This document shows positions 1-8,417 of a stretch of DNA of 64,000 nucleotides, piece after piece. The notes under the pieces are model-generated. The model was not told the origin of the DNA. It saw only the letters and a list, made by a program, of their open reading frames with translations, and ran no database searches. This stretch comes from a virus (Duplodnaviria; Heunggongvirae; Uroviricota; Caudoviricetes). Position numbers and translations under genes: made by a program. Numbering within the stretch: the first letter of the stretch is position 1; the number at the start of each line of letters is the position of its first letter. The DNA is taken from the IMG/VR virus record IMGVR_UViG_2541047873_000001, one strand, 5' to 3'.

Positions 1-671
1 GGCACCGTGCAAATACATGCCCGGCAGGTTTAGTGCGTAAAGTGGTTTCAGCGAGAGCATTTTACGGAGTAAACGACAGTGACTTGAGCCACGGAAGGTC
101 TTTTTATGGTGTTCATTGATGATGATCTGGCAGTGAGTATGTTAAGTGGGCCAGGCTGCATCGGGTCATCATCAGTGCACATCCTCAACGTTAAGGAGGC
201 GCAGAGTTGGGTTTTCCTCTTATTTTGCTGACTCTGAGTCTCCTTAACGTTGCGGTAATGCACCTATGCGGATGTGGCCTTGCATTGTGTCTTGAAAGAA
301 TGGGGTAAGGCCGGGGATATTCCCAGGGGGAGGCACCCCCGCTGCAACGAACAGCCATAGACGGCAGTCGAGTGATGAAAACGTGAAAAGACTTTAAACC
401 TCGTTACGGCTGGCGTGGCAAACGCGACAACCGGGATAGGACGGTGACGGGCGGAGAGAGAGCCGCTTCAAGATAAAAGCCGACTATGGATTCCTTTCTG
501 CGGGCCTTTGAAAGTGAATCTTGCTCAGGCAGTCGGCTTTTATGTTGATACGTAGCGATAACCGCGACAGGCGCGGCGGTAAGTATGGCGGGGTTATTCC
601 TTCCCCGTTGAGGACACCGAGTTGCCAGGTTGACCATACGCCTAAGTGGCAATACCGCGAGTGGGATATTT

Positions 672-697
672 GCCCACCTTCGGGTGGGTGTTTTTTC
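672..697 (+). terminator. rho-independent terminator-like hairpin
   Basis: Stem cccacc/ggtggg with ttcg loop followed by a T6 run; ORF 521-736 reads through it so is probably not real. Confidence 0.5.
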
Positions 698-1157
698 AGT
701 GTTTTCGTCATGGTTAGCGACTTTGCGGCGGTTTAGAACCCGACCATTAAAGTAAATGCAAACGATGATCTGATGATGGTAGCGGCCTAAGAAGCCTGAC
801 GCCACGGGGTATGAGTCGTCCCCCGTCAAAAAATCGACCGCAGAGTGTCCCCGTCTGTGTATTAGGGAACGGGGAGGCATAACAGGCAAGGGCGCTGGTG
901 TGATTAACCAGATGAATGAGAAGGGTCAGGTCTTTCTGGTCAGCGCCCTTACCTGTTACGTCCCTCCCGCGTAACAGCCATTGGTTAATGGCTTTCTGGG
1001 ATAATGTCTTGTAACGGGTATATCCCGTCATGCTGAAGGCGCTAATCACGCTGGAAGCCAGGGTTATGCATCCCCTGTTACCGAATTGCAGCCAGGGCGC
1101 GGTGCGCCGAAAAGCATACGGAGGTGGAAGCCCTCGCCGGAGACGTACCCGGCAAGT

Positions 1158-1234
1158 GATGGTGTAGCTCAGTAGGATAGAGCAGCAGCCTTCTAAGCTG
1201 TCGGTCGGTGGTTCGAATCCACCCACCATCGCCA
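1158..1234 (+). tRNA. tRNA-Arg (anticodon TCT)
   Basis: Cloverleaf by eye: 7 bp acceptor gatggtg/caccatc, D-arm gctc..gagc, anticodon loop cttctaa, T-arm ggtgg-ttcgaat-ccacc, encoded CCA. Confidence 0.8.
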
Positions 1235-1239
1235 ATTTA

Positions 1240-1326
1240 GGGGAGTTAGTCCGTAGGGGTAGCGGGGTAGACTGTAAATCTACTGTCATTGCGACTCGGA
1301 TGGTTCGACTCCATCACTCCCCACCA
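1240..1326 (+). tRNA. tRNA-Tyr (anticodon GTA), type II
   Basis: Acceptor ggggagt/actcccc, anticodon stem gtaga/tctac with loop ctgtaaa, long variable arm, T-loop ttcgact, encoded CCA. Confidence 0.75.
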
Positions 1327-1330
1327 AATT

Positions 1331-1406
1331 GCCGGTTTAGCTCAGTTGGTAGAGCGCCTGCCTTGTAAGCAGGATGTCAGCGGTTCGAGTCCGTTAACCG
1401 GCACCA
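1331..1406 (+). tRNA. tRNA-Thr (anticodon TGT)
   Basis: Acceptor gccggtt/aaccggc, D-arm gctcagttggtagagc, anticodon stem cctgc/gcagg with loop cttgtaa, T-loop ttcgagt, encoded CCA. Confidence 0.8.
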
Positions 1407-1414
1407 ACACAACA

Positions 1415-1488
1415 GGTAAGGGTATTTTGCGACGTCGGAGATCGCCGAGCTTGGCAGAGGGTTCGAATCCCTACGAAGTACCCTTACC
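1415..1488 (+). ncRNA. tRNA-like element (degenerate tRNA or structured small RNA)
   Basis: Perfect 10 bp closing helix ggtaagggta/tacccttacc enclosing a D-arm-like hairpin (gcga..tcgc) and a canonical T-arm (aggg-ttcgaat-ccct), but no anticodon arm can be fitted. Confidence 0.3.
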
Positions 1489-1594
1489 GTTGTGATGAAT
1501 GCACAGGCTGATGTGCCGCAACTACAGTAGTGCGCGCTTTGCGGGGCTTGCTACAACCCTGTGTCGGAGTTCAGCACCGACCATCACAATCACT

Positions 1595-1681
1595 GGAGAG
1601 TAGGGAGCATGGTGCTCAAGCGGTCTTGAAAACCGTCCCATTGCGCAAGCGATGATGGTTCGATTCCATTACTCTCCGCCA
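1595..1681 (+). tRNA. tRNA-Ser (anticodon TGA), type II
   Basis: Acceptor ggagagt/actctcc, anticodon loop cttgaaa, long variable arm, T-arm atgg-ttcgatt-ccat, encoded CCA. Confidence 0.75.
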
Positions 1682-2110
1682 GCGCAACGTTAAGAGTATT
1701 TGGCTAATTAAGCGAATGCCGGAAGCAGAACCGGATCACCAAATGCGTACAGGCGTCATCGCCGCCCAGTCAGCCAAATGCTCTTACCATTGCGGTGAAT
1801 GCGGCTAAGCGCACGCGGAACAGTTAAAACAGTAAAGGTGGTCTTTTTACTGGCGTAACGAGAATCCATAAGTGATCCGGCGTTAATTGTTAACTGGTTA
1901 ACGTCACCGGGAGGCACCCGGCACCGCAACCTAACAGCAATGGCGTTTTGTCTTAAAAGGTGGCTGCAAGTGATGGATTTTTGGGCGTTTGCCGATAAAA
2001 ACCCGGAGTGGACATTATTGTTTCTGCTGGTGGTTGCATACGGGGTAGAGCAAGCGGCAAAAGCCTTACGCGGTTCTGGCAAAAAGCGTAAGCGTAATTA
2101 ACAGTAATCT

Positions 2111-2186
2111 GGCCCTTTAGCTCAGTGGTTAGAGCGGGCGACTCATAATCGCACGGTCACCGGTTCAAGTCCGGTAGGGGCCACCA
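2111..2186 (+). tRNA. tRNA with CAT anticodon, most likely tRNA-Ile2 (lysidine type) rather than Met
   Basis: Acceptor ggccctt/aggggcc, D-arm gctcagtggttagagc, anticodon loop ctcataa, T-loop ttcaagt; body closely resembles E. coli ileX-type tRNA; P1 also encodes a tRNA-Ile. Confidence 0.7.
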
Positions 2187-2638
2187 CATTTGGTTGTAAC
2201 ACGGCGTATGGCACATGCGTCGTTAGCGGTCTGGTGTAGCTGTTAGGTACCTTTTACTAACACTGCATGGGCACACCAGGTAGCCGGAATGTGCAAGCCC
2301 CGTTCATAGCGTCGGACTGCGGATTCACCATCCTGGCGATTCGGTGTGACAGCCGGAAGAGCACGGCGTACAACAGGAAAAGGCGTTTAATTAGCGTGAG
2401 CGCCGTTTCCGTTGTGGTAATTGCGGCTATGCGCTCGTGACGAAGCCATTTTCATTCACTACGTTCTGATAAGTGTCGTCGCCGGGCGTGGCTAACCTGG
2501 CAGGTGGAGGCACCACCGCCACAACTCCTTTCAATTCATCATATAGCCGCTCAGGCTGTAACCCTTAATTAATACGAAGTTACGACGTCACTACCGGTTC
2601 AGCCGGGGGATAGTCGCGCGTGTAAAAAAGGAGACGTT

Positions 2639-3214
2639 ATGTTAACGGCGAACGATAACGCGTATTTAGAAGATGATCTCGTTTTGAGTGACTTTATAGG
2701 GCGACGAGAATGCTGGACGCAAAAGCGCGAGGAGCTTTATGCAGCGTTAGTTCGTAAAGGCGTCAACATCGAAACCGCACAGAACGGTGATATGACAGTG
2801 GTAAGTGTTGGACTGCACGGCGTAAGTGTGTCAGCAATCAATCATGAGCCGTACATTGCGTTATCCGAGTCGATGGTAAGGTTAGTTAAGTTCCTGAAGT
2901 ACACAGAAGCGAATAACGTGCTCATCGCCAAAAAGAACATCCCGTTCTCATCGGCCTTTTACTGGATGATGAAGGGGCTTGATGCCCGGCGAACATCATG
3001 GCCTAAAGGGAGCTATATATCGATGCTCCGTGGCAGTGTTGGTAGCAAAGAAAAGCTCGTCGAATTCCTGCCGGAAGAGGCATTCGATATTGTTGAAGGT
3101 TGTGATGTGATGGTTATGCCTCGCCTGGTAATGATGAATGGGGATTTACAGGCGCAGACAGACTGGTTTGCAACTGGAGTTGATATTATCGCTACTGACT
3201 GGGAGGTTTTTTGA
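2639..3214 (+). CDS. hypothetical protein with DUF2829-like C-terminal domain
   Basis: 191 aa ORF; C-terminal half has W..G...RR.SWPKG and terminal TDWFATGVDIIATDWEV signature resembling DUF2829 (Tad2-type) domains. Confidence 0.5.
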   Translation: MLTANDNAYLEDDLVLSDFIGRRECWTQKREELYAALVRKGVNIETAQNGDMTVVSVGLHGVSVSAINHEPYIALSESMVRLVKFLKYTEANNVLIAKKNIPFSSAFYWMMKGLDARRTSWPKGSYISMLRGSVGSKEKLVEFLPEEAFDIVEGCDVMVMPRLVMMNGDLQAQTDWFATGVDIIATDWEVF

Positions 3215-3594
3215 TGTACGAGGCTACTAAATTACGCACTGAGGATGCGATGCACATTGGTTGGGACATCATCACCTGCAAGATAACATCATGCAAGGCT
3301 ACACGCACAGACGCCGGACACAAGAGCACAATATCAGGTTATGTCGTGATGTCAGTCAGGAGTGTGCGCATACGCTTCAGATGGAAAGCCAGCCAGGTTA
3401 CATCATCAATGCCGCTTACCGTCGAGCAGGATTATTTATGCTTACCCGAAATAGACGGAGCGTTGCTGGTGGGCAATAGTGGTCGAAAAGCCGATTTTGA
3501 AGCCAGTCTGAAGATGGCGCAGGCGGTGATCAACAAACATAAAGGGAAGTGGGAGGCAAAAGTTAAGCATGTTGTTCGTTTATCCCGCTGGTAG
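3211..3594 (+). CDS. hypothetical protein
   Basis: 127 aa ORF whose ATG overlaps the upstream stop (TGATG coupling); no recognisable domain. Confidence 0.35.
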   Translation: MMYEATKLRTEDAMHIGWDIITCKITSCKATRTDAGHKSTISGYVVMSVRSVRIRFRWKASQVTSSMPLTVEQDYLCLPEIDGALLVGNSGRKADFEASLKMAQAVINKHKGKWEAKVKHVVRLSRW

Positions 3595-3607
3595 TGTTAG
3601 CAAATTG

Positions 3608-3625
3608 ATATTAATTTTCTAATAC
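3608..3625. promoter_or_regulatory. C1 operator-like site
   Basis: attaattttctaataca, one mismatch from the recurring 17-mer AAATTAATTTTCTAACA; sits ahead of the gene preceding pacA, as P1 Op88 sits ahead of lpa. Confidence 0.45.
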
Positions 3626-3701
3626 ATCATGTTTTTGACAGTCTTCTCAGTATTAACAAGCTGATTATCATCCCCTCGGTCTTTTTCTATCCGGGGGATA
3701 A

Positions 3702-4094
3702 ATGGAGCAAATCAGTAGCGCCGAAATAGCGGATATCATGATCAGGGCTAACTGCTATCTGACGGTCACCGAAATCACCAGCCGTGCAAAAGCACAATAT
3801 CCTCACCTTCATGTGTCGCGCGTAAACGTAAATAACATCATACGTTTTTTTGTTCGTTCCAGTCGTGCCATTTGCGAAATAGACGACCGCGTATACCCCC
3901 GGAAATATTGGTTACATGGCCTGAATGGATACCAGTTCAAGGTGCGCGGGCGCACTCCTGAATTCGGTCGGCTGTTGGTGAAAAACACCAACCGAAAGAT
4001 AGAAGCTCAATTACGAAAGGAGCAGCGTCAGTTGGTGGCGATGACTAACCAGCTATGGAACGCCGCTGTGAAAAAACGTGAGGCTTCCCTATGA
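3702..4094 (+). CDS. Lpa-like late promoter activator candidate (by synteny)
   Basis: 130 aa basic protein directly upstream of pacA, preceded by an operator-like site; same arrangement as P1 lpa-pacA-pacB; no sequence-level identification. Confidence 0.35.
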   Translation: MEQISSAEIADIMIRANCYLTVTEITSRAKAQYPHLHVSRVNVNNIIRFFVRSSRAICEIDDRVYPRKYWLHGLNGYQFKVRGRTPEFGRLLVKNTNRKIEAQLRKEQRQLVAMTNQLWNAAVKKREASL

Positions 4095-5455
4095 CGTTAA
4101 TTAACTGGGAAGCGCATCGAGCTAAGTTCCTGGAGTTAAGAGAAGAAACCGGGATCACCATAAAAGAATATTGCGAGCAGCATGACCTCAGCTTTAACAC
4201 CGCCAGAAAGCATCTCAATATGAAAAAAAATGAGGTTAAGGCGAAAGCTAAGGCTGCCGGGAAAAGTACAAAACAGCGCGCAAAAAGCAGCGCCACCGGC
4301 TCAAAAAAAGAGCAAAAAAAGGCTGATAAAAGCACAGAATTTACAAAAACTGACAAATCGTTAGCTGGTGGACGGTTCCGCGCCATGCCGCAAAAACAAA
4401 ATGCGGATCACAAAGAAAAGCCAAGTAATAACAACAAGATACACAAGGATGTGAAGGGATCATTTTGTGATGAAATGGGAGAAATGATCCCTAAAAGCAG
4501 CGAAAAAGCCCAACGAAACAAGGGATCATTGCAAATGATCCCTGACTCATCAGCTCAAAGCGCCACTTTGCCTGCCACCAACGTCGCCCGTGAGATGATG
4601 AAGAACGGCGCGACTGAACATTTACGACTTGCGATACAGATGGCGCAGGAACGAGCAATTCAGTATCAGGCCATCGTTGACCAGGAAGCGGAGCGACTAC
4701 AGGAAGAGATTGACGCCCTCGGCGATACACAGCCAGAGGGGATGCACCCAGGGCAGCGTCTTCTCGGCCTAATAAGCGATGCGGCCTACTACATGAATGA
4801 CTTTATCAGTAGGTTGGCAGCCATCTACCAGACCGAGCAGAAGCTACGCCAGGGGGATGAAAAACTTGCGCAGGGCGCGCGTCAGCAGGCATTCAGGGAG
4901 GCTGAGGCCAGAGAAAAACTGGCGATTGCCCGCCTGCAAGCCGAGCAGCGTGGCAAAGAGATTGAGTATCGCATTGGCGCTGACGCACGCGCCGCCAGGG
5001 TTATCGCCGCCGCTATACGTATGCGTGAGCGCGAGGAGCTGGACGATATAGGCGTAGCTGAATATATCGAGCGGCAGGGCGTCAGTGTCCCGGCTATCCT
5101 GGCGGCACGAGCGGCAAAAGCGATCTCACTTCTGGAGCCTCCGGTTTCTGACGTTAACGATGTTGATGATGAGCAACTGGATAAAGAGGCGAAGCAGTTT
5201 GCCGAGCAACAAGCTGGACTCCCACAATGGCTTGCACAACGCCGGGCTGAAGTAGCGAAAATCGTTGATAGGCTTGGGATGGGGGATTACGACCGGAACG
5301 GAGAACGTAAAGCCGGTGAATTTGAGGCCAATGATGAAGACCTGAATATAGACCCTTCCGCCACGGCTGATATCTACGGTGATTATGACGCGGGGGATAC
5401 CGGTTTTGATGCTGTAGATGACGAGATTGCGATAGACCAGCCGGAGGATGACTAA
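4091..5455 (+). CDS. pacA: terminase pac-recognition subunit PacA-like
   Basis: 454 aa; N-terminal HTH-like segment, long charged coiled-coil middle; stop overlaps the large terminase start (TAATG); contains the GATC cluster. Confidence 0.6.
   Translation: MTLINWEAHRAKFLELREETGITIKEYCEQHDLSFNTARKHLNMKKNEVKAKAKAAGKSTKQRAKSSATGSKKEQKKADKSTEFTKTDKSLAGGRFRAMPQKQNADHKEKPSNNNKIHKDVKGSFCDEMGEMIPKSSEKAQRNKGSLQMIPDSSAQSATLPATNVAREMMKNGATEHLRLAIQMAQERAIQYQAIVDQEAERLQEEIDALGDTQPEGMHPGQRLLGLISDAAYYMNDFISRLAAIYQTEQKLRQGDEKLAQGARQQAFREAEAREKLAIARLQAEQRGKEIEYRIGADARAARVIAAAIRMREREELDDIGVAEYIERQGVSVPAILAARAAKAISLLEPPVSDVNDVDDEQLDKEAKQFAEQQAGLPQWLAQRRAEVAKIVDRLGMGDYDRNGERKAGEFEANDEDLNIDPSATADIYGDYDAGDTGFDAVDDEIAIDQPEDD
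4403..4546. other. candidate pac site (Dam-methylatable hexamer cluster)
   Basis: Five GATC-containing hexamers (GGATCA / TGATCC) in both orientations within about 140 bp inside pacA, including two copies each of gggatcatt and aatgatccc; P1 pac has clustered TGATCA/G hexamers within pacA. Confidence 0.5.
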
Positions 5456-6963
5456 TGGCTGGTGGTCGTAAGATTAAGTGCGTCACCAGTGATCCACGTT
5501 GGCGCGATATGGTTATCAGGTATCGATACAACTTTACCCAGGCGGTTGTCGATATTTTTGGGATGTTACCCTCCCACCAGCAGCAGCAGATCATTCAGTC
5601 AGTGCAGGAGACGGGGAGCAGGACGACCGTTACGTCCGGACACGGAACGGGTAAGTCGTCCCTTACCGCGATGTTGCTACTAATTTTCATGATCCTGTTC
5701 CCCGACGCCCGCGTCATTATTGTTGCGAACAAAATAGGCCAGGTAAAAACAGGCGTATTCAAATACGTGAAACAGTTTTGGGCGAATGCTGTTAAGCGTC
5801 ACGGCTGGTTACAGACCTATTTTGTCCTGTCTGACACCATGTTTTATGAGCGTTCCCGTAAAGGGATATGGGAAGTGCTCTGTAAAGGTTATCGACTCGG
5901 TAACGAAGAGGCACTGGCGGGGGAGCACGCTGAGCATTTACTGCTAATCCTTGATGAAGCATCGGGCATATCCGATAAGGCGATTAACGTCATGACGGGG
6001 GCGTTAACGCAGAAAGATAACCGTATGCTCATGCTTTCCCAGCCTACGCGTCCAAGCGGTTACTTTTATGAATCTCACCATTCAAGGGCAAAGGCAGAAG
6101 GCAATCCGGAAGGTGTCTGGACGGCAATAGTCCTTAACTCTGAAGAATCACCATTCGTTGAACCGAGCTTTATTCGTGAGAAATTGCTGGAGTACGGCGG
6201 CAGGGATTCGCTGGAGTACATGGTTAAGGTGCTGGGCCAGTTCCCGCGTGCAATTAACGGGTATTTGCTTGGTCGTGATGAGTGCGACCGCGCCGCACGG
6301 CGTAAAGTGTTGCTGGAGAAAGATTGGGGCTGGGTAGCGACCGCTGACGTCGGTAATGGTCGCGACAAATCGGTGCTCAATATATGCAAAGTATCCGGTT
6401 ATCGTGAGAAACGACGCGTTGTGAACTTTAAGATACTGGAGATGCCAGGCACTATGGACCCGTTGGCTTTTGCCGACTTTATCTATAACGAATGCACTCC
6501 TGATAAATACCCGAACATCACCATTGCTGTGGATGCTGATGGCTTTGGTTCAGATACGTGTGCGCAGCTTGTCCGCCGTGGTGCTAATCCCGTTCGCATC
6601 CGTTGGGGTAAGCCTATGTTTGCGCTAAGAGACAGAGAACGCTTTGTCAATCAGCGTGCTTACGCCAATATTATGGCAGGGGATGCCATTAAATCAGGGC
6701 GTATGCGTATCGATAGTGACCCCAAAACCGCAGATCAGGCATCAAAAATCCCGTATATGCTTAACGAAGAAGGGAAGGTAGCGATGATGCGCAAGGAGCA
6801 CATGCGGCAGAAGTTAAACATCAAGTCGCCGGACAGATGGGATACCTACTGCTTCACTATGCTGGTGGATTACGTGCCTGCTAATGAAGACATTGGCGCA
6901 GAACTCGCAACATTCCGCGATCAGGTGTTGGCAGAAGTGGATATTCCTGATATTGACATTTAA
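5455..6963 (+). CDS. pacB: terminase large subunit PacB-like
   Basis: 502 aa; Walker A-like GHGTGKS and downstream LLILDEASG (Walker B-like) ATPase motifs; follows pacA with 1-nt overlap. Confidence 0.75.
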   Translation: MAGGRKIKCVTSDPRWRDMVIRYRYNFTQAVVDIFGMLPSHQQQQIIQSVQETGSRTTVTSGHGTGKSSLTAMLLLIFMILFPDARVIIVANKIGQVKTGVFKYVKQFWANAVKRHGWLQTYFVLSDTMFYERSRKGIWEVLCKGYRLGNEEALAGEHAEHLLLILDEASGISDKAINVMTGALTQKDNRMLMLSQPTRPSGYFYESHHSRAKAEGNPEGVWTAIVLNSEESPFVEPSFIREKLLEYGGRDSLEYMVKVLGQFPRAINGYLLGRDECDRAARRKVLLEKDWGWVATADVGNGRDKSVLNICKVSGYREKRRVVNFKILEMPGTMDPLAFADFIYNECTPDKYPNITIAVDADGFGSDTCAQLVRRGANPVRIRWGKPMFALRDRERFVNQRAYANIMAGDAIKSGRMRIDSDPKTADQASKIPYMLNEEGKVAMMRKEHMRQKLNIKSPDRWDTYCFTMLVDYVPANEDIGAELATFRDQVLAEVDIPDIDI

Positions 6964-7000
6964 AAGCCCCGGCGATTCGGGGCTTGTGGGTGGCTTGCGA

Positions 7001-8038
7001 TTACCAGAGTTTTGCCGCGTACATCGTTTGTGTGAATGTGTACCCATAGCGTTCTTCAACGCTTTTACCGTATTTTTTCCTGGCTTCAGTAAGGCGGATG
7101 CCTGTCAGGTCATCGCCGGAGGCAATCATAACTTCCAGTAGTTCCAGGTCCATTTTATCCAGCCTTGCCATTGCATCTTTAGCCTCTTGAATTTTCCGGC
7201 TAACGATCTGGTGTATGGCTGGATCGGCTTCGGCCAGCATTTTATCTGATTTGTTTTTTAAACTCTGATTGCGGATATCAATGTTTCTCAGGATATATGA
7301 CTTCACGACATAGCTTGGCTGCTGCTTTTCCAGATCACGAACCCGATAAAGGTCAAATTCGCCGAGAAGTCCGCACGGAAGCGGTTTAATGCCAGTGTAA
7401 ATGGTAAGGGTGCGGCGCTCACCAACGTTGTTAACAACGGGAATCTCTGTGTTTGCTTTTTTTGCAAAGATCAGCGCACCGTGCGTACCCACTCTGAAGC
7501 GTGAAAGTCCATTGTTGCCCTCGATATTGGTGGTAATCACCACATCGGTATAACCTTCTTTTCTTGCGCGGTATACCTCGCCCTCACGTTCAGCGGCGAA
7601 GAATCTGCGTTCTTCTTCAAGCGCACCGACAACCTGTGAAAATATCCTGTTTTTCATGCTTTTCTTTATAGTTTTATCGTATTTTTTCAACAGGTCTTCG
7701 CGCGTAAATGTTCTCGTTGTGGTTGCGCTTTGCATAACGATATGCGTACTCTGATTAGTATCCTCAACAATGAATGGGATCGGTAAATAAACCGACTCAA
7801 CAATGTTTGAGGCTTTGTCATCATCCTTGCGACACAGATCAACAAAGGCTTTCCATTCGGCTACGCATTTTTCAGCTTCTTCTAATACAGCCGGATCATG
7901 TGTTAATGCAACATGGCGAAATTCCTCGCCAACATAACTGGTATCATGGAAAACAGAGTTTGCGACCACCAGCTCTTTCCACCGTTCAGCGGTTTGCAGG
8001 AACCGTTTGTACTCATTCTCGATCGACTTCTTACTCAT
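7001..8038 (-). CDS. c1: C1-like immunity repressor (by position)
   Basis: About 345 aa from the internal MSKK start (track ORF extends to 8326 with no better start); lies between pacB and the recombinase as c1 does in P1; operator-like sites flank its promoter. Confidence 0.5.
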   Translation of the reverse strand: MSKKSIENEYKRFLQTAERWKELVVANSVFHDTSYVGEEFRHVALTHDPAVLEEAEKCVAEWKAFVDLCRKDDDKASNIVESVYLPIPFIVEDTNQSTHIVMQSATTTRTFTREDLLKKYDKTIKKSMKNRIFSQVVGALEEERRFFAAEREGEVYRARKEGYTDVVITTNIEGNNGLSRFRVGTHGALIFAKKANTEIPVVNNVGERRTLTIYTGIKPLPCGLLGEFDLYRVRDLEKQQPSYVVKSYILRNIDIRNQSLKNKSDKMLAEADPAIHQIVSRKIQEAKDAMARLDKMDLELLEVMIASGDDLTGIRLTEARKKYGKSVEERYGYTFTQTMYAAKLW

Positions 8039-8056
8039 TATTCCTACTCGATTTAG

Positions 8057-8067
8057 TTTTCTAACAT
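8057..8067. promoter_or_regulatory. C1 operator-like site (c1 promoter region)
   Basis: ttttctaacat core; a second inverted copy (tattagaaaa) lies at about 8131-8140. Confidence 0.45.
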
Positions 8068-8233
8068 AAAAGTCCTGTGACAAATTTATGCCGAATAACA
8101 AGGTGAGTAAAGGATAAAACCGCTTTTTTTTGATTGTTCCTATTAGAAAATGTAACCAGGAGCGGCTACCGCATGGCTGACGGATTTGCGAAGTGATCTG
8201 GTCGGTGTTTTTTTGGGAAAAAGTCCCGATTTC

Positions 8234-8265
8234 TAACTTTAAATAATTGGCATTATTTAAAGTTA
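8234..8265. other. rox-type site-specific recombination site
   Basis: taactttaaataat-tggc-attatttaaagtta: perfect 14 bp inverted arms around a 4 bp spacer, about 150 bp upstream of the recombinase gene; matches my recollection of the Dre target rox (reverse complement). Confidence 0.8.
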
Positions 8266-8417
8266 GGCTATAATCTCCAGTAAACAGGCAGTATTGACAA
8301 GGATGAAAAATCATGCCTCGAATCAAAGGCTTGAATTTTGAAAATTAACTTATAACTACCCTGTCAGTTTTCTATTTTTCACGTAGCGTTATCTGTATAT
8401 AGAGGTTTAATAGTTTC

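Noticed and set aside
521-736. 71 aa plus-strand ORF
   Set aside because: Reads straight through a strong rho-independent terminator (672-697) and has no RBS; the overlapping minus-strand ORFs 404-889 and 747-1289 overlap each other and the tRNA-Arg gene and look spurious
2111-2186. Calling the CAT-anticodon tRNA an initiator or elongator tRNA-Met
   Set aside because: The body resembles E. coli tRNA-Ile2 (lysidine type) and lacks initiator features; Met cannot be excluded from sequence alone because the anticodon is post-transcriptionally modified
8039-8326. N-terminal 96 aa extension of the c1-like ORF in the six-frame track
   Set aside because: The extension runs through the operator and rox region and lacks an RBS; the internal MSKK start at 8038 is more plausible. 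The true start remains unverified and a coi-like upstream gene could not be found
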